A program made the position numbers and the translations under genes. Shown here in pieces: positions 19,480-29,463 of a stretch of DNA of 64,000 nt (position 1 is its first letter; every line of letters starts with the position of its first letter). A model generated the notes under the pieces. The model had not been told where the DNA came from and ran no database searches. It saw only the letters and a program-made list of their open reading frames with translations. Source of the DNA: a virus; the IMG/VR virus record IMGVR_UViG_3300013136_000003, positions 23,382 to 87,381 of that record; one strand, 5' to 3'.

Positions 19480-19551
19480 AAACCGGCCACAGTGCCGGTT
19501 TTTTTATGCGACTCGCGCTGCACAAAAAAAAGCCGGACTGGCCGGCTTTTA
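19480..19551. terminator. Two back-to-back intrinsic terminators (one per strand)
   Basis: AAACCGGC-CACAGT-GCCGGTTTTTTT and AAAAAAAAGCCGG-ACTGG-CCGGCTTTT. Confidence 0.8.
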
Positions 19552-19568
19552 AGTTCGGTTGGTAGAAG

Positions 19569-19769
19569 TTACTCCTCCAAAACGCTCATGATCTTTGATT
19601 CCTGAACGCTCTCGATAAAGCACGGAGAGATTCCATGAGAGAAACGCTTTAACGCTTTGTCTTCTGCATCTCCGACCGAGTCGGCATCCACCAAGTGTTG
19701 TTCTTTCACTTTCTTGACCTTTCCGTTTTCCTGGTCAACTTCAAATCTGATTTTTACTAAGTAGTACAT
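19569..19769 (-). CDS. DUF4494-like protein
   Basis: YLVKIRF....ENGKVKKVKEQHLVDA.S..DAE...SV.ESKI..V, typical of Bacteroidota. Confidence 0.75.
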   Translation of the reverse strand: MYYLVKIRFEVDQENGKVKKVKEQHLVDADSVGDAEDKALKRFSHGISPCFIESVQESKIMSVLEE

Positions 19770-19983
19770 TGTTCTTCGATTTTGTTTGCTTATTTTACTA
19801 GAGCTGTGCCCTAGGTTTCATTTATTTATCCAGACAGCCAGACTAACCTAGGATCCCACAGGAGACCCCCAGACCTCATCCTACTGAGAAGTCACTGTGT
19901 AACACATCTTCAGTATGCGCACACGCCTGAGCCCTCTAACGAATCGTAAACTTCAATCGACTTTTTAGTACAATTTAAAGATT

Positions 19984-20640
19984 ATGAAAGTTAGAGAAGA
20001 ATTGATTTACGAACCAGACAAGACCTGGTTCATCAGCGATACCCACTTCGGACACGATAACGTGCTGAAGTTTGAAGCAGGGTACCACAATTTTGCAAAC
20101 ATCGAGGATCACGACAAAACGATCGTCGCAAATTGGTTTGCAACAGTTTACGATGACGATACTGTATTTTTCTTGGGCGATGCTTCTATGCCAAGAGTTA
20201 AATTGGACTACGTTAGAAGCATCTTTGCTCAGCTTCCAGGGAAGATAGTGTGGGTGACAGGAAATCACGATTATCACATCGATGATTTTTGGAAGAAAGA
20301 ACTGATCAGAGTAGCAAACATAGTGGAATTCACGAGCTACAAAGAAATTTTTATCAAGTGCAAGGAACGGACAAACTATCCGCACGGTTACGATTTTCTT
20401 CGGCACATCGTTCTGTTTCACTACCCTATCGCAGAATTTAACGGCTCCTTTAGGGACACGTTTCACGTGTACGGTCACACGCACGAAAATTTGTACCCGA
20501 TAAAGAACGCCTACACAGCTACTGCATGTTTAACTGGTTACAAACCGGTGAATTATGCATGGCTTGCTGAAAAAATAGCCGAACACAATGAAGGACTTGA
20601 TAGACCTGGGAAACCAAGTATTCAACGTTTTAAAGGATAA
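19984..20640 (+). CDS. Calcineurin-like metallophosphoesterase
   Basis: SDTHFGH, FLGD, GNHD, LFHYP, YGHTH. Confidence 0.9.
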   Translation: MKVREELIYEPDKTWFISDTHFGHDNVLKFEAGYHNFANIEDHDKTIVANWFATVYDDDTVFFLGDASMPRVKLDYVRSIFAQLPGKIVWVTGNHDYHIDDFWKKELIRVANIVEFTSYKEIFIKCKERTNYPHGYDFLRHIVLFHYPIAEFNGSFRDTFHVYGHTHENLYPIKNAYTATACLTGYKPVNYAWLAEKIAEHNEGLDRPGKPSIQRFKG

Positions 20641-20947
20641 ACACGGAGAGATCGAAGAATCTCGAATGCTTTTTCTGTACTTCATCACTCAAAAAAATAA
20701 GTGGGACATATTGGGTTCTAACCATTGGATCATCTTAGAAGTAAATGGAATAATCAAGAATTTCGCGGATCCGGCGATCGATCAGTTGAACCAAGAATGG
20801 TTAGCCCTAAAAGAACGAGTGGATTACGAATTTCTCATCAACAAGCTTAACCACCTCAGAAAAGAGTACGACCGTCCTGCGCCAAAGGATGGAGACATTT
20901 GGGAATTTGGCTCAAATTCTGGAACATTTAGAAACATTTCTATATGA
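20588..20947 (+). CDS. Hypothetical protein
   Basis: ORF in operon. Confidence 0.55.
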   Translation: MKDLIDLGNQVFNVLKDKHGEIEESRMLFLYFITQKNKWDILGSNHWIILEVNGIIKNFADPAIDQLNQEWLALKERVDYEFLINKLNHLRKEYDRPAPKDGDIWEFGSNSGTFRNISI

Positions 20948-21129
20948 GCAAATCCATCTTCAATAAGGATTGGGAAGAATTCGTAAAGACGTTAACCCCA
21001 GAACAGCAAGAAGCTCTAAAACAATACGACGAAGCTGTTTTTAAAGCTCAGCAAAGAAAACCATTTATCGTTTGCTCAGCTAAGCTGGCTGAAGAATTGC
21101 AAAAATTACAAGAACAACCGAATGAATAA
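20944..21129 (+). CDS. Small hypothetical protein
   Basis: ATGA-coupled ORF. Confidence 0.55.
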   Translation: MSKSIFNKDWEEFVKTLTPEQQEALKQYDEAVFKAQQRKPFIVCSAKLAEELQKLQEQPNE

Positions 21130-22191
21130 CTTAGATAAGCAATACTTTGAACTGTTGGAAGACATTCTAAGTAACGGAACACAAAAAGGAGACCGGACCG
21201 GCACTGGAAACATCTCAGTGTTCGGTAGAATGATTCGCCACAAGATGAGCGAAGGTTTTCCGCTCATCACAACCAAGAAAGTTTATTTCAAGGGGGTTCT
21301 CGTCGAACTTCTCTGGTTCCTCAAAGGTGGGACCAACATCAAGTACATGGTGGAAAATGACTGCACCATCTGGGTAGGAGATGCTTACAAAAAATTTCAA
21401 AGCGTTCAGAACGCCATCATTGGGTTAAAGCCGCCTGCGTCTGATGAAGCACTCGCTAAGTACATCGATTGGTACGAAAACATTAAGACTAAAGACGATT
21501 TTATCGAAAAAATAAAAACAGACGACCAGTTTGCACAAAGGCATGGTGATCTTGGCCCAGTTTATGGAAAGCAATGGAGAGAATGGCAAGGATCAATTCC
21601 ATCAATCGATCAGATAAAAGATCTCATAGACAAATTAAAAAATAATCCAGAAGATCGTCGAATGATCGTAAGCGCATGGAACGTTCAGGAAATTCCATTA
21701 ATGACTCTACCTCCGTGCCACTATTCATTTCAGTGTTACGCTAGGCCATTAAGTTCAAAAGAGCGAGTTAATTTATGGAAGGTAAAACACGGAATGACAG
21801 AATCAGAAGAATTACTTTACCTTTACTAAATTCAACATTAGAGGAACAAAATATTCCAAAATATGAGTTATCTCTAATGTTTAACATTCGCAGCAATGAC
21901 GTTCCGTTGGGCTTGCCTTTCAACTTGGCTTCCTACGGCCTCCTTCTTGAGATCTTAGCGAAACACGTGAACATGGTTCCTGGAGAGCTGATAGCATCTA
22001 TCGGAGACACTCACATCTACTTGAACCAAGTGCCGATGATCAAGGAACAGTTGGAAAGAGAATCTTTTCCATTACCAACTATAAAGATAGATGACCGCCA
22101 AGTCGACGACATTTCTGAGTACAAGATAGAGGATTTCGAGATCTTTGGTTACCAATCTCAGTCGGCGATAAAAATACCTCTTTCTAATTAG
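21122..22191 (+). CDS. thyA: Thymidylate synthase, split across two frames (21122-21829 and 21775-22191)
   Basis: DRTGTG, FPLITTKK, ELLWFLKG, LGPVYG.QWR, LPPCH in first frame; RSNDV.LGLPFN.ASY and GDTHIY.N in the -1 frame. Confidence 0.9.
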
Positions 22192-23516
22192 GCAGTAGGA
22201 ATTGCTGGTGGGTTGATAGTTCCGCCAGCTAAGACGCGTTTTACGCCGTCACCTGTTCCCCAGGTTCTAAGATCTGGGCAATCTGCCAATTGTTGAGCAG
22301 TCACTGAATCATTCCTAAGAAGAGCTAACAGTCTAGCGTAGTACGGGAGTTTTAGAGTAGCAACCGTTGCTGCTAACCCGGCCGCTGGATTTGGATATTC
22401 CTTAACCCCAGCCGAACTGTAATTTCTAATTCCTTTAATTTTCAACTTTTTGGTAGTGTTGAACGGATTGTAGTCTGCTTGACCTCCTTCGGCTTGACGC
22501 CATGCTTTTAAGAACTTCATCTTTTCTGGAGTTTCGTTAGTACCAAGCATTCTAAGAATTGCTCTGTAGAAATTATCATCATTAACAGATCCGCCTACCA
22601 CCACGTCTGCTCCACCGATAGTAGCGTACTTCGAAAGTTCTTCCTTTCCGAAACCTTTGTTTTGTAAGTTAGCAATCAGTCGCTTGACCAAACCGCCATC
22701 GATCAGCGATATTCCAGGAGAACCAGCGGGTTCTCCAGCTGACTGTTTTGCTGCTGACAGACTTGATTTGTGTTCCCAATGCCAGGGTTCTCTCGGTATG
22801 CTGGTAAACCCGTAATTCTTAGCGTTAGTGTTCATCCAAGCTTGAGCTTTAGCGTCCAACTTTAAGTCCAAGGCTGCACCCCAACCATGGTTGGAAGTTC
22901 CAGGAACGGCAGCGTACCCGCCTTGGTTGTATAGGCCCTTTTCCTTTGCCACTTGAACTTGCTGATCGTAATTTCTGTAAGAGTCTGTGATCTGCCAAGT
23001 TACACCATCTTCGGCGGCAGCCTTGACCATTTTTTCATAGTCTTCTTTCGCTTCTTTGTTAAGTCTGTGGTGAGTTTCTCCGTGACCAGGAGTAGAAATA
23101 GTTTCAAGATCGTTTGTACCAAGCCGGCCGTTTTGCGCTTCACCTACTAGTTCTGAAAAACTCTTGAAATTTACAAGAGATTCGTCCGCCGGTTGGTTAG
23201 ATTTAGTAGCAGAGTTAAAATTAGCAATGGCATTTGCTGTTTCTGGGCCAAAGTAACCGTCCACACCGTGTTTTGGCATCTTAAAACCTAGGAAATCCAA
23301 GCCTGCTTGAATTTTCTTGACGAGATCCGAGTACTGCATGTTACCTTTTGACTGAACGGTGATAGTTTTTCCAGAGTTGGCAAAATCCTCGAGCTCAGAA
23401 TAGAATTCCTTATCGTTGGCGGAAAGACCTTTAGTTTCGTCCTTTTTTCCTCTTAACCAATCCCAAAAACCGCCCTCGTTCATCTGCTTTTCAAAATCGT
23501 CGAAGTTCTTTACCAT
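22188..23516 (-). CDS. Multidomain peptidoglycan hydrolase (PG-binding + M15/VanY peptidase + lysozyme-like C-domain)
   Basis: VDGYFGPET; SYR.YDQQ, AA.PGTSNHGWG.A.D, EPWHWE; AWRQAEGG...NPFNTT; N-terminal tag MVKNFDDF. Confidence 0.85.
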   Translation of the reverse strand: MVKNFDDFEKQMNEGGFWDWLRGKKDETKGLSANDKEFYSELEDFANSGKTITVQSKGNMQYSDLVKKIQAGLDFLGFKMPKHGVDGYFGPETANAIANFNSATKSNQPADESLVNFKSFSELVGEAQNGRLGTNDLETISTPGHGETHHRLNKEAKEDYEKMVKAAAEDGVTWQITDSYRNYDQQVQVAKEKGLYNQGGYAAVPGTSNHGWGAALDLKLDAKAQAWMNTNAKNYGFTSIPREPWHWEHKSSLSAAKQSAGEPAGSPGISLIDGGLVKRLIANLQNKGFGKEELSKYATIGGADVVVGGSVNDDNFYRAILRMLGTNETPEKMKFLKAWRQAEGGQADYNPFNTTKKLKIKGIRNYSSAGVKEYPNPAAGLAATVATLKLPYYARLLALLRNDSVTAQQLADCPDLRTWGTGDGVKRVLAGGTINPPAIPTA

Positions 23517-23572
23517 GTAAACTATTTCCTTATTTTTTGTACTAGAGTACGGCTGATAAATTATTTATTTGA

Positions 23573-24343
23573 ATGAGCGAGAAAATAAAAAGAGTCACGA
23601 TAGAGGGTTTCAGGTATTACAAAGTAACTGACGGTTTGGATTTAATAGGGGTGTTCCCCAGCGTGACTACTGTGTTGGGAGAAACTGGAGACAAGGAATG
23701 GCTTGCTCAGTGGAAGGACCGCATCGGACACAGCAAAGCGAACGAGATAAGTTCAGACGCTACAAAGAGAGGAACGGTCATGCACAGACTGTGCGAGATT
23801 TATCTGAACCTTCCTCAGTCGCTGTCGAGTCACGATAAGCTGAATGAAACCTTAGCTCTTTCACGATTGGACGATGAGATCGATAAGTTTGACAATAGAG
23901 CAAAAATCGTTGGCGGAGCTCTTTTTTACAATTACATCAGAGCTGGCGTGTTCAATGACATTCAAAAAGTGATCGCTCAGGAAAAATTTTTGTGGACAGC
24001 TAGGGACGGCGGTTTTGCTGGAACGCTGGACAATTTGTCCCTTTTAACGACCAACGAACACGCTGTAATAGATTTCAAAACAGCAAAAAAGCCGAAAGAT
24101 GAAGCTTGGATCAAAGATTACAAACTGCAAGTTGCAGCGTACGTGATAGCTGCATGGGATCGGCTTCGGATAAAATCAACGTCCTGCAGAATTCTCATAT
24201 CGAATGAAACATCTCACGTTCCTCAGACGTTCACTCTAAACGAACGCGACATACGGGATAATTACCTTCTGTTTAGAACAAGGTTAGCTAAGTTCTATGA
24301 GATGCACCCGCCTAAATCACTTGAGGAGCTCCGAGCTTTCTAA
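23573..24343 (+). CDS. PD-(D/E)XK (Cas4-like) phage exonuclease
   Basis: PSVTTVL, W..RIG, RGT.MH, AGTLD, IDFKT, LQVAAY. Confidence 0.85.
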   Translation: MSEKIKRVTIEGFRYYKVTDGLDLIGVFPSVTTVLGETGDKEWLAQWKDRIGHSKANEISSDATKRGTVMHRLCEIYLNLPQSLSSHDKLNETLALSRLDDEIDKFDNRAKIVGGALFYNYIRAGVFNDIQKVIAQEKFLWTARDGGFAGTLDNLSLLTTNEHAVIDFKTAKKPKDEAWIKDYKLQVAAYVIAAWDRLRIKSTSCRILISNETSHVPQTFTLNERDIRDNYLLFRTRLAKFYEMHPPKSLEELRAF

Positions 24344-26225
24344 GAAGGTCCAACCTAACCGAAACGCTTCTTCCTACGTAACCGTAAACATTCAAATAGA
24401 TGAACTGCTGCCTTGACGAATTTACAGCTCCGTACTGACTCTTAGCTATAACTCCGTAAACGTTCTGGTGACCAGCAATGTAAAAATGATCTTGCGCGCG
24501 TGCTCCTATCTTGTCAGCTGTCGTAACTGCAGATAACGGGTAAGCCGTCAAATTTAACCCTGTGTACGGCGGTTGGATCGTTTCTCCGGACACAGCATTT
24601 GTTAACCTAGCTGTTCCGTTTTGTAGATCTTCAATAGATGCATTTCTGGGTCTTCTCATAGGCCCTATAGACCCTGTCCATGCAATGTAAACCGGAATAG
24701 CCCAGCTCTGTCTCATCAATTCTCTCTGTGGCGGACCCAACACGATGAATGGCATTGAGTAATAGAAAACTCTCTCTCTAAACGATTTTAGCAGAGTCCG
24801 GTAATTTTCAACGTTCGGCCGGTTCAACAGAGCGTCCTTTATGCTATTAGCAGAGGACGGAGCAAAACCAAACGTTCTAGGTTCAGTTGCCCTTTCGACG
24901 TTCTGAGTTGTCTGATCCTGCGCTCTTTTTTGACTAGCTGCACGAATTTCTTCCTGCCGCCTAGCTGCTGTTTCCGGAGACAGTTTATCCTCAATGTACT
25001 CTTTTTCTTCTCGGCTGAGATTAACGTTATCTAGGTCAGGAATTTCGTTCAGGTTTACTTTTACCCAAGCAGATTTATCTCTAGTGGTTCGGTTGTCCCT
25101 ACCCTGAAGAGGATCTATCTCGTTACTTTGAACTCTGATCATTTCCTTGATGTTGAGAGCGTAATATTGACCATCCTGGTAAGTTGCAACTTCGCGAATA
25201 GGAAGAGGCTCGTAATCTGGCCGGTATAGGTAATCCTTAACGACTATGAAATCGCCAATGTCCCAATCCGCATCTGGGTCTGCGCCGAACCGTGAAATTC
25301 TGGCGATCAATCTCTTTCTAATCAATCGTTCTTCCCTAGCTGCTCTTTCTCTAGCTTGTTCGGCCTCTCTAGCAGCTCTTTCTCTAGCAGCGATCTCTGC
25401 TCTAGCCCTGGATTCTCTAATCGACCTGTATTTTTCTTCGGTTAATCTGCTGTCTCTCACCAACGACCTAAGGTACTGATCGCTGAGTGTTGACAAAAAT
25501 TCTTCGGGTAGCTGTTGAAACAGTTCATCGTCCATATCAAACTGATCTGGATCAGTTCTTCTGGTACCGATAGCATCATTTATGAATCTCATAGCTGCGC
25601 TGAGCTTGGTGTTCTGGTCCAAATTTTTGTCCAATGCCATCCAGTTACTGGAACCAACGATTGCGTGAACGTCTTCTTCCGTTAAATTTCCGTTAGCGTC
25701 CTTTTTTACTTCAAGCATTGATGCCCACACGTTGTCCTTTTCTCTAGTTCCACTAGGATTGGAAGATATGTAACCGACTGTTCTCACAAGAGCACGGTAC
25801 AGCTTTGCTCCAAGCTTTGTTCCGCGTAAACCCAAAGGAATACCGTCATTTGGAAAGTGGCTCCTTTGGTAAGAATCAGGAGCGTCAGTTTTCATGTAAA
25901 TTGCGTCCGAGTCGTTAGGGTAAACGTCCTTCCATTTTCCAACCACCTTAATCAAACGACTTTCGTTATCACGTTTCATTTCTTGCATGATCTGTGCAAT
26001 TTCAGGATTATTAAACCTAGGATAGTACTTTCTCTCGCCGCCTGATCTTTCCATTGTGATGTCTGAACTTCGTGTCGCTTTCAACAAGGCAAGCAACCGT
26101 CCTAACTTTTGAGTAAATTGACGAACATCAGCTAATTTGCTGCCGGTTAACCTAGCAACGCTAGGAACACCCATTTCGGTGACTTCAGCCGATTCATTCA
26201 CCAAATCTATGAACGATTTGATCAT
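24312..26225 (-). CDS. Virion-type protein with possible GNAT-like N-domain and RAAREE coiled coil
   Basis: ATAAATA upstream; tag MIKSFIDLVNES; IPLGLRGTKLGAKLY resembles GNAT motif A. Confidence 0.5.
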   Translation of the reverse strand: MIKSFIDLVNESAEVTEMGVPSVARLTGSKLADVRQFTQKLGRLLALLKATRSSDITMERSGGERKYYPRFNNPEIAQIMQEMKRDNESRLIKVVGKWKDVYPNDSDAIYMKTDAPDSYQRSHFPNDGIPLGLRGTKLGAKLYRALVRTVGYISSNPSGTREKDNVWASMLEVKKDANGNLTEEDVHAIVGSSNWMALDKNLDQNTKLSAAMRFINDAIGTRRTDPDQFDMDDELFQQLPEEFLSTLSDQYLRSLVRDSRLTEEKYRSIRESRARAEIAARERAAREAEQARERAAREERLIRKRLIARISRFGADPDADWDIGDFIVVKDYLYRPDYEPLPIREVATYQDGQYYALNIKEMIRVQSNEIDPLQGRDNRTTRDKSAWVKVNLNEIPDLDNVNLSREEKEYIEDKLSPETAARRQEEIRAASQKRAQDQTTQNVERATEPRTFGFAPSSANSIKDALLNRPNVENYRTLLKSFRERVFYYSMPFIVLGPPQRELMRQSWAIPVYIAWTGSIGPMRRPRNASIEDLQNGTARLTNAVSGETIQPPYTGLNLTAYPLSAVTTADKIGARAQDHFYIAGHQNVYGVIAKSQYGAVNSSRQQFIYLNVYGYVGRSVSVRLDLLRKLGAPQVI

Positions 26226-26290
26226 TAAGTTTTACCTTTTTTCTTTATTTATTCGGCAAGTCGGTAGCAACCTGAGCTATAAATATTTAC

Positions 26291-26992
26291 ATGCAGACAG
26301 TAACTATAAAAAAGGATGGAATTTTCTTCTCGTTTTGGGACGAGCAGGTCGCTTCGTGGGTAGATAGAAACATACTGGACTCAGATTTTCCTATCTCTCA
26401 CTACTTGCCATATAACACCAGAGTAGAAGGCGAGATAACAATACGAGATTTTCTGAAACACCTTTCTCACTTTAGACCGCAAGTCCAACAGATATTTGCA
26501 AACGCTCTATCTGGAATAACCTGCGATCAGATTGCTGAGATCATAGAAACGTCAAAGAAACCGAAATCAAACGTTCCGATGAACGCTGTTTACTTATTCA
26601 AAATGGGTAAAGTCTTTCCGGTAAAGGATGAGGAAATTGATTACCTCAGCACGTACTCAGTTCTCATGGGTTTGTTCGTGGAAGAAAACGTCGAAGAGGA
26701 TAAAGTTTATCACCTGTCAGCGTTCGACGTTAGAGATTGGGTTGATCTGCCGTTCGCTATCGATAGTTTTATGGAATACACTGACGTGCAGACCGAAGAA
26801 ATCCTGCTAAACGGATTGATCGATTGGAAATTTTTCGAAGTGATTCACGCAGTTCTCAACCAGATAACTCTAACTTTTCAGATCAGGCAGATGACGTCAA
26901 CCGTCGATTTAAAGAAATTGGAAAGCGGTCCTATGCTGATAGGCGAATTATTAGTGTGGATCGATGAACTAGATAGAATATTTGCTAACTAA
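26291..26992 (+). CDS. Hypothetical protein
   Basis: 233-aa ORF after TATAAATA. Confidence 0.7.
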   Translation: MQTVTIKKDGIFFSFWDEQVASWVDRNILDSDFPISHYLPYNTRVEGEITIRDFLKHLSHFRPQVQQIFANALSGITCDQIAEIIETSKKPKSNVPMNAVYLFKMGKVFPVKDEEIDYLSTYSVLMGLFVEENVEEDKVYHLSAFDVRDWVDLPFAIDSFMEYTDVQTEEILLNGLIDWKFFEVIHAVLNQITLTFQIRQMTSTVDLKKLESGPMLIGELLVWIDELDRIFAN

Positions 26993-27544
26993 TTAAGTAG
27001 GGTAAGAAGTTCTTCCAGCATCTGGCGGTGGAGGAGTTGGTTCTGGATCCTGACCGGTTTGATCTCCTCTAGACTGTCCGCTTGGGTAAGGTCGTTGATC
27101 ATAACCGTATCCCTGATCGTAGCCGCCGTTATCATAGCCTTGATCATAACCATATCCCTGATCGTAACCGTAACCATTTCCGTAACCTCCGCCGTATCTA
27201 GGATCGTAATCGCCAAACCGTTTCTGTCTCTGTATCTGCCACGTGATGTACCCTCCGACCGCAAACTCAAGAGATGCCCACATGATGAAATCGTACATTG
27301 TGAGATCCTGGTACTTAAAGATCAAGAAGAGTATCATCCCCAACTGGCCGACGATAAACGAAAAACCTGACTCCATTCTCTTCTTTGAAAAGTAAGATGG
27401 TTGACTTGAATAGAGTTTGCCTATCTCTTGAATGAACCACTTGGTGTTGTTCCAGCCAAAGAACCAATCGTTCCTTCCTCTAGGAGGTGGAGTTGGCCTA
27501 GGTCTAGGTCTTGGTCTGTGATTTCGGTTACGGTTCGAAGTCAT
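26993..27544 (-). CDS. Two-TM membrane protein (holin-like) with Arg/Pro N-terminus and GYGYDQ repeats
   Basis: YFSKKRMESG followed by two hydrophobic helices; low-complexity GY(G/D) tail. Confidence 0.55.
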   Translation of the reverse strand: MTSNRNRNHRPRPRPRPTPPPRGRNDWFFGWNNTKWFIQEIGKLYSSQPSYFSKKRMESGFSFIVGQLGMILFLIFKYQDLTMYDFIMWASLEFAVGGYITWQIQRQKRFGDYDPRYGGGYGNGYGYDQGYGYDQGYDNGGYDQGYGYDQRPYPSGQSRGDQTGQDPEPTPPPPDAGRTSYPT

Positions 27545-27872
27545 TGCTCTCTGATACGTTGTACTTTTTCATCGGTGCTGACCGCTGGTCAGTTAGATCT
27601 CGCCACAGGTCTCTAACATCTGGTTGTCCAAGAGCCCCGGTCTGAACCATCGTGTAAAATTCATTGTCAGAATTTTGCATCATGCTAAACCAAGTCTCAA
27701 GGCTGGGTTTTTTGTCCAGCTCTTTCACTCTGACCTTTAGCCGTCTGAACCTTGGAAAAAGTTCAAACTCGTAACGCGTTCCCTTGTACCGACGGTTCAT
27801 GTCCAAGTCCGAGAGGTTTCTTAAAGGCCTAGCATTTTCGCTAATCCATTGATCGAATGTTAAAATGTCCAT
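27528..27872 (-). CDS. Small tagged virion-type protein
   Basis: Start MDILTFDQWISE directly after minus-strand AATAAATAA. Confidence 0.6.
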   Translation of the reverse strand: MDILTFDQWISENARPLRNLSDLDMNRRYKGTRYEFELFPRFRRLKVRVKELDKKPSLETWFSMMQNSDNEFYTMVQTGALGQPDVRDLWRDLTDQRSAPMKKYNVSESNDFEP

Positions 27873-27926
27873 GCTACTGTTATTTATTCTGAGAAGCGGA
27901 TAAATAAAGAAAAAGAATCTAGCCAC

Positions 27927-28376
27927 ATGCCTATTCAAATGTATGAGGAATGGTTGAAAGAGTCGGAAAAAGTCGATCCTCAAGCTGTTCCAACCGCTAG
28001 CCCAACTACTCAACCGGCTCCTAGCACTGATGTTCCGCCAGTCGGAGACATTCCGCTAGAAATCTCTCCAGAGGGTTCGCCTGAACCTACGACTGACTCT
28101 GTTGGTGAACCTGCTTCCGAATTGGAAGAGTTCGAACAGATAGACACTACTAGGAGAGACGCGATAAAAGCATTCAAAGACAAGCAGAAAGAGTACATGG
28201 AAATTCCGATCGAAATTAGGAACAGTCCTACTACCGACGAGGATAAGACGAAAGTTGAGAGCATAAAAGCTGAACTACAGACTCTAAACACAGCAATGAA
28301 AGATGCTGTTGCTGCTTACGACGCTTTTAACGATAAGATGCTAGGTTCCTCATCTGATGCAAACGAAGAGCCGTAA
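27927..28376 (+). CDS. Acidic tagged virion-type protein
   Basis: GATAAATAA upstream; MPIQMYEEWLKES. Confidence 0.7.
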   Translation: MPIQMYEEWLKESEKVDPQAVPTASPTTQPAPSTDVPPVGDIPLEISPEGSPEPTTDSVGEPASELEEFEQIDTTRRDAIKAFKDKQKEYMEIPIEIRNSPTTDEDKTKVESIKAELQTLNTAMKDAVAAYDAFNDKMLGSSSDANEEP

Positions 28377-28393
28377 AATAATCACGCAAGTTC

Positions 28394-28615
28394 ATGAAAC
28401 AGTTAGTTCTCGGCTTTGGACAGTTCGTTAACGAGATGTTCGCCCAAAATGAGAGCCATGAAAAGAAATCTGCCTGCTGCGGAGCAGCCGTGTTGGAAGA
28501 CGGTTGTTGCTCTGACTGCGGTGCAGCTGAACCGAAGGAAGTAAATGAAAACCCAGAAGCAGCAGGTGCTGCTCACATACACAAATCCACCGGCACAGAG
28601 CCTAAGGACGTGTAA
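28394..28615 (+). CDS. Small tagged Cys-containing protein
   Basis: MKQLVLGFGQFVNE; SACCGA...CCSDC. Confidence 0.65.
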   Translation: MKQLVLGFGQFVNEMFAQNESHEKKSACCGAAVLEDGCCSDCGAAEPKEVNENPEAAGAAHIHKSTGTEPKDV

Positions 28616-28632
28616 AAAGAACGCTAAACAGC

Positions 28633-29391
28633 ATGAAACAGTTTATTTTAGATTTTAAGGGATTCGTCAACGAGAATTTCGATCCAGAAAACGAACCTAT
28701 CGTTTCAGGAGAAGGCGGAGTTGAAACCGCTGAACTGCCAAAGGAAGTCGGAGACATCGCAGCGTCCATCATCAACGGAAATTTTGAAGGTCACAAGATC
28801 ATCGGAGTAGACGGGGATACGATAAGAGTGAAAACTTCAAAGCAAGATTTCAAGTATGCTCCAGACGTTCTCACGCTAAGGGACATGGGATTTGAAGCAT
28901 GGAGTGGTAAACCGTACGACGTAAAGTTGGAACTCGACGATGCTGATCCAGCAACCGGCGAACTTTCGTACTTCATAGAGTTCACACCAAAAGCAGCCAG
29001 GAGAGCAAAGGTTGAAACCGGAGAGGATGACAACGAGGTAGAGGACGAGTACACAAAACCTAGTGAGTTTGAAGATCTTCCGGAAACTCCCGAAGAAGAT
29101 ACAACTGGTGTGGTTGGTAAGGGTGATAACTTGTTCAAGGACGAGGATGAACTCCCACCATCAGAAGACGAAGAAGATGAACTTTACGAGGGTCGTAAGA
29201 AAGCTCAGACCGGCGGATTCCCAAAGCTGAAGATCAAGCAAGCTCCTAAGAAGGACAACCCTAATCTCAACATACCTAAGGTTAAAGGAAAGGGATTTAA
29301 GCCTGAAACTAAGTTCGATCTCATGAAGAAAGACCCGAAAAAGATGGTCGAGGTTGACAAAGAAAAGAAAGAACCTCCTATCAAAAAGTAA
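28633..29391 (+). CDS. Tagged virion-type protein, acidic middle and Lys-rich tail
   Basis: MKQFILDFKGFVNE. Confidence 0.7.
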   Translation: MKQFILDFKGFVNENFDPENEPIVSGEGGVETAELPKEVGDIAASIINGNFEGHKIIGVDGDTIRVKTSKQDFKYAPDVLTLRDMGFEAWSGKPYDVKLELDDADPATGELSYFIEFTPKAARRAKVETGEDDNEVEDEYTKPSEFEDLPETPEEDTTGVVGKGDNLFKDEDELPPSEDEEDELYEGRKKAQTGGFPKLKIKQAPKKDNPNLNIPKVKGKGFKPETKFDLMKKDPKKMVEVDKEKKEPPIKK

Positions 29392-29402
29392 ATCAGACAC
29401 TT

Positions 29403-29429
29403 AAAAAGCCGGCTAGTCCGGCTTTTTTT
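29403..29429 (+). terminator. Intrinsic terminator
   Basis: AAAAAGCCGG-CTAGT-CCGGCTTTTTT. Confidence 0.8.
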
Positions 29430-29463
29430 GTTAAAGATTGGTACATTATCTAAAAACGCAGAC

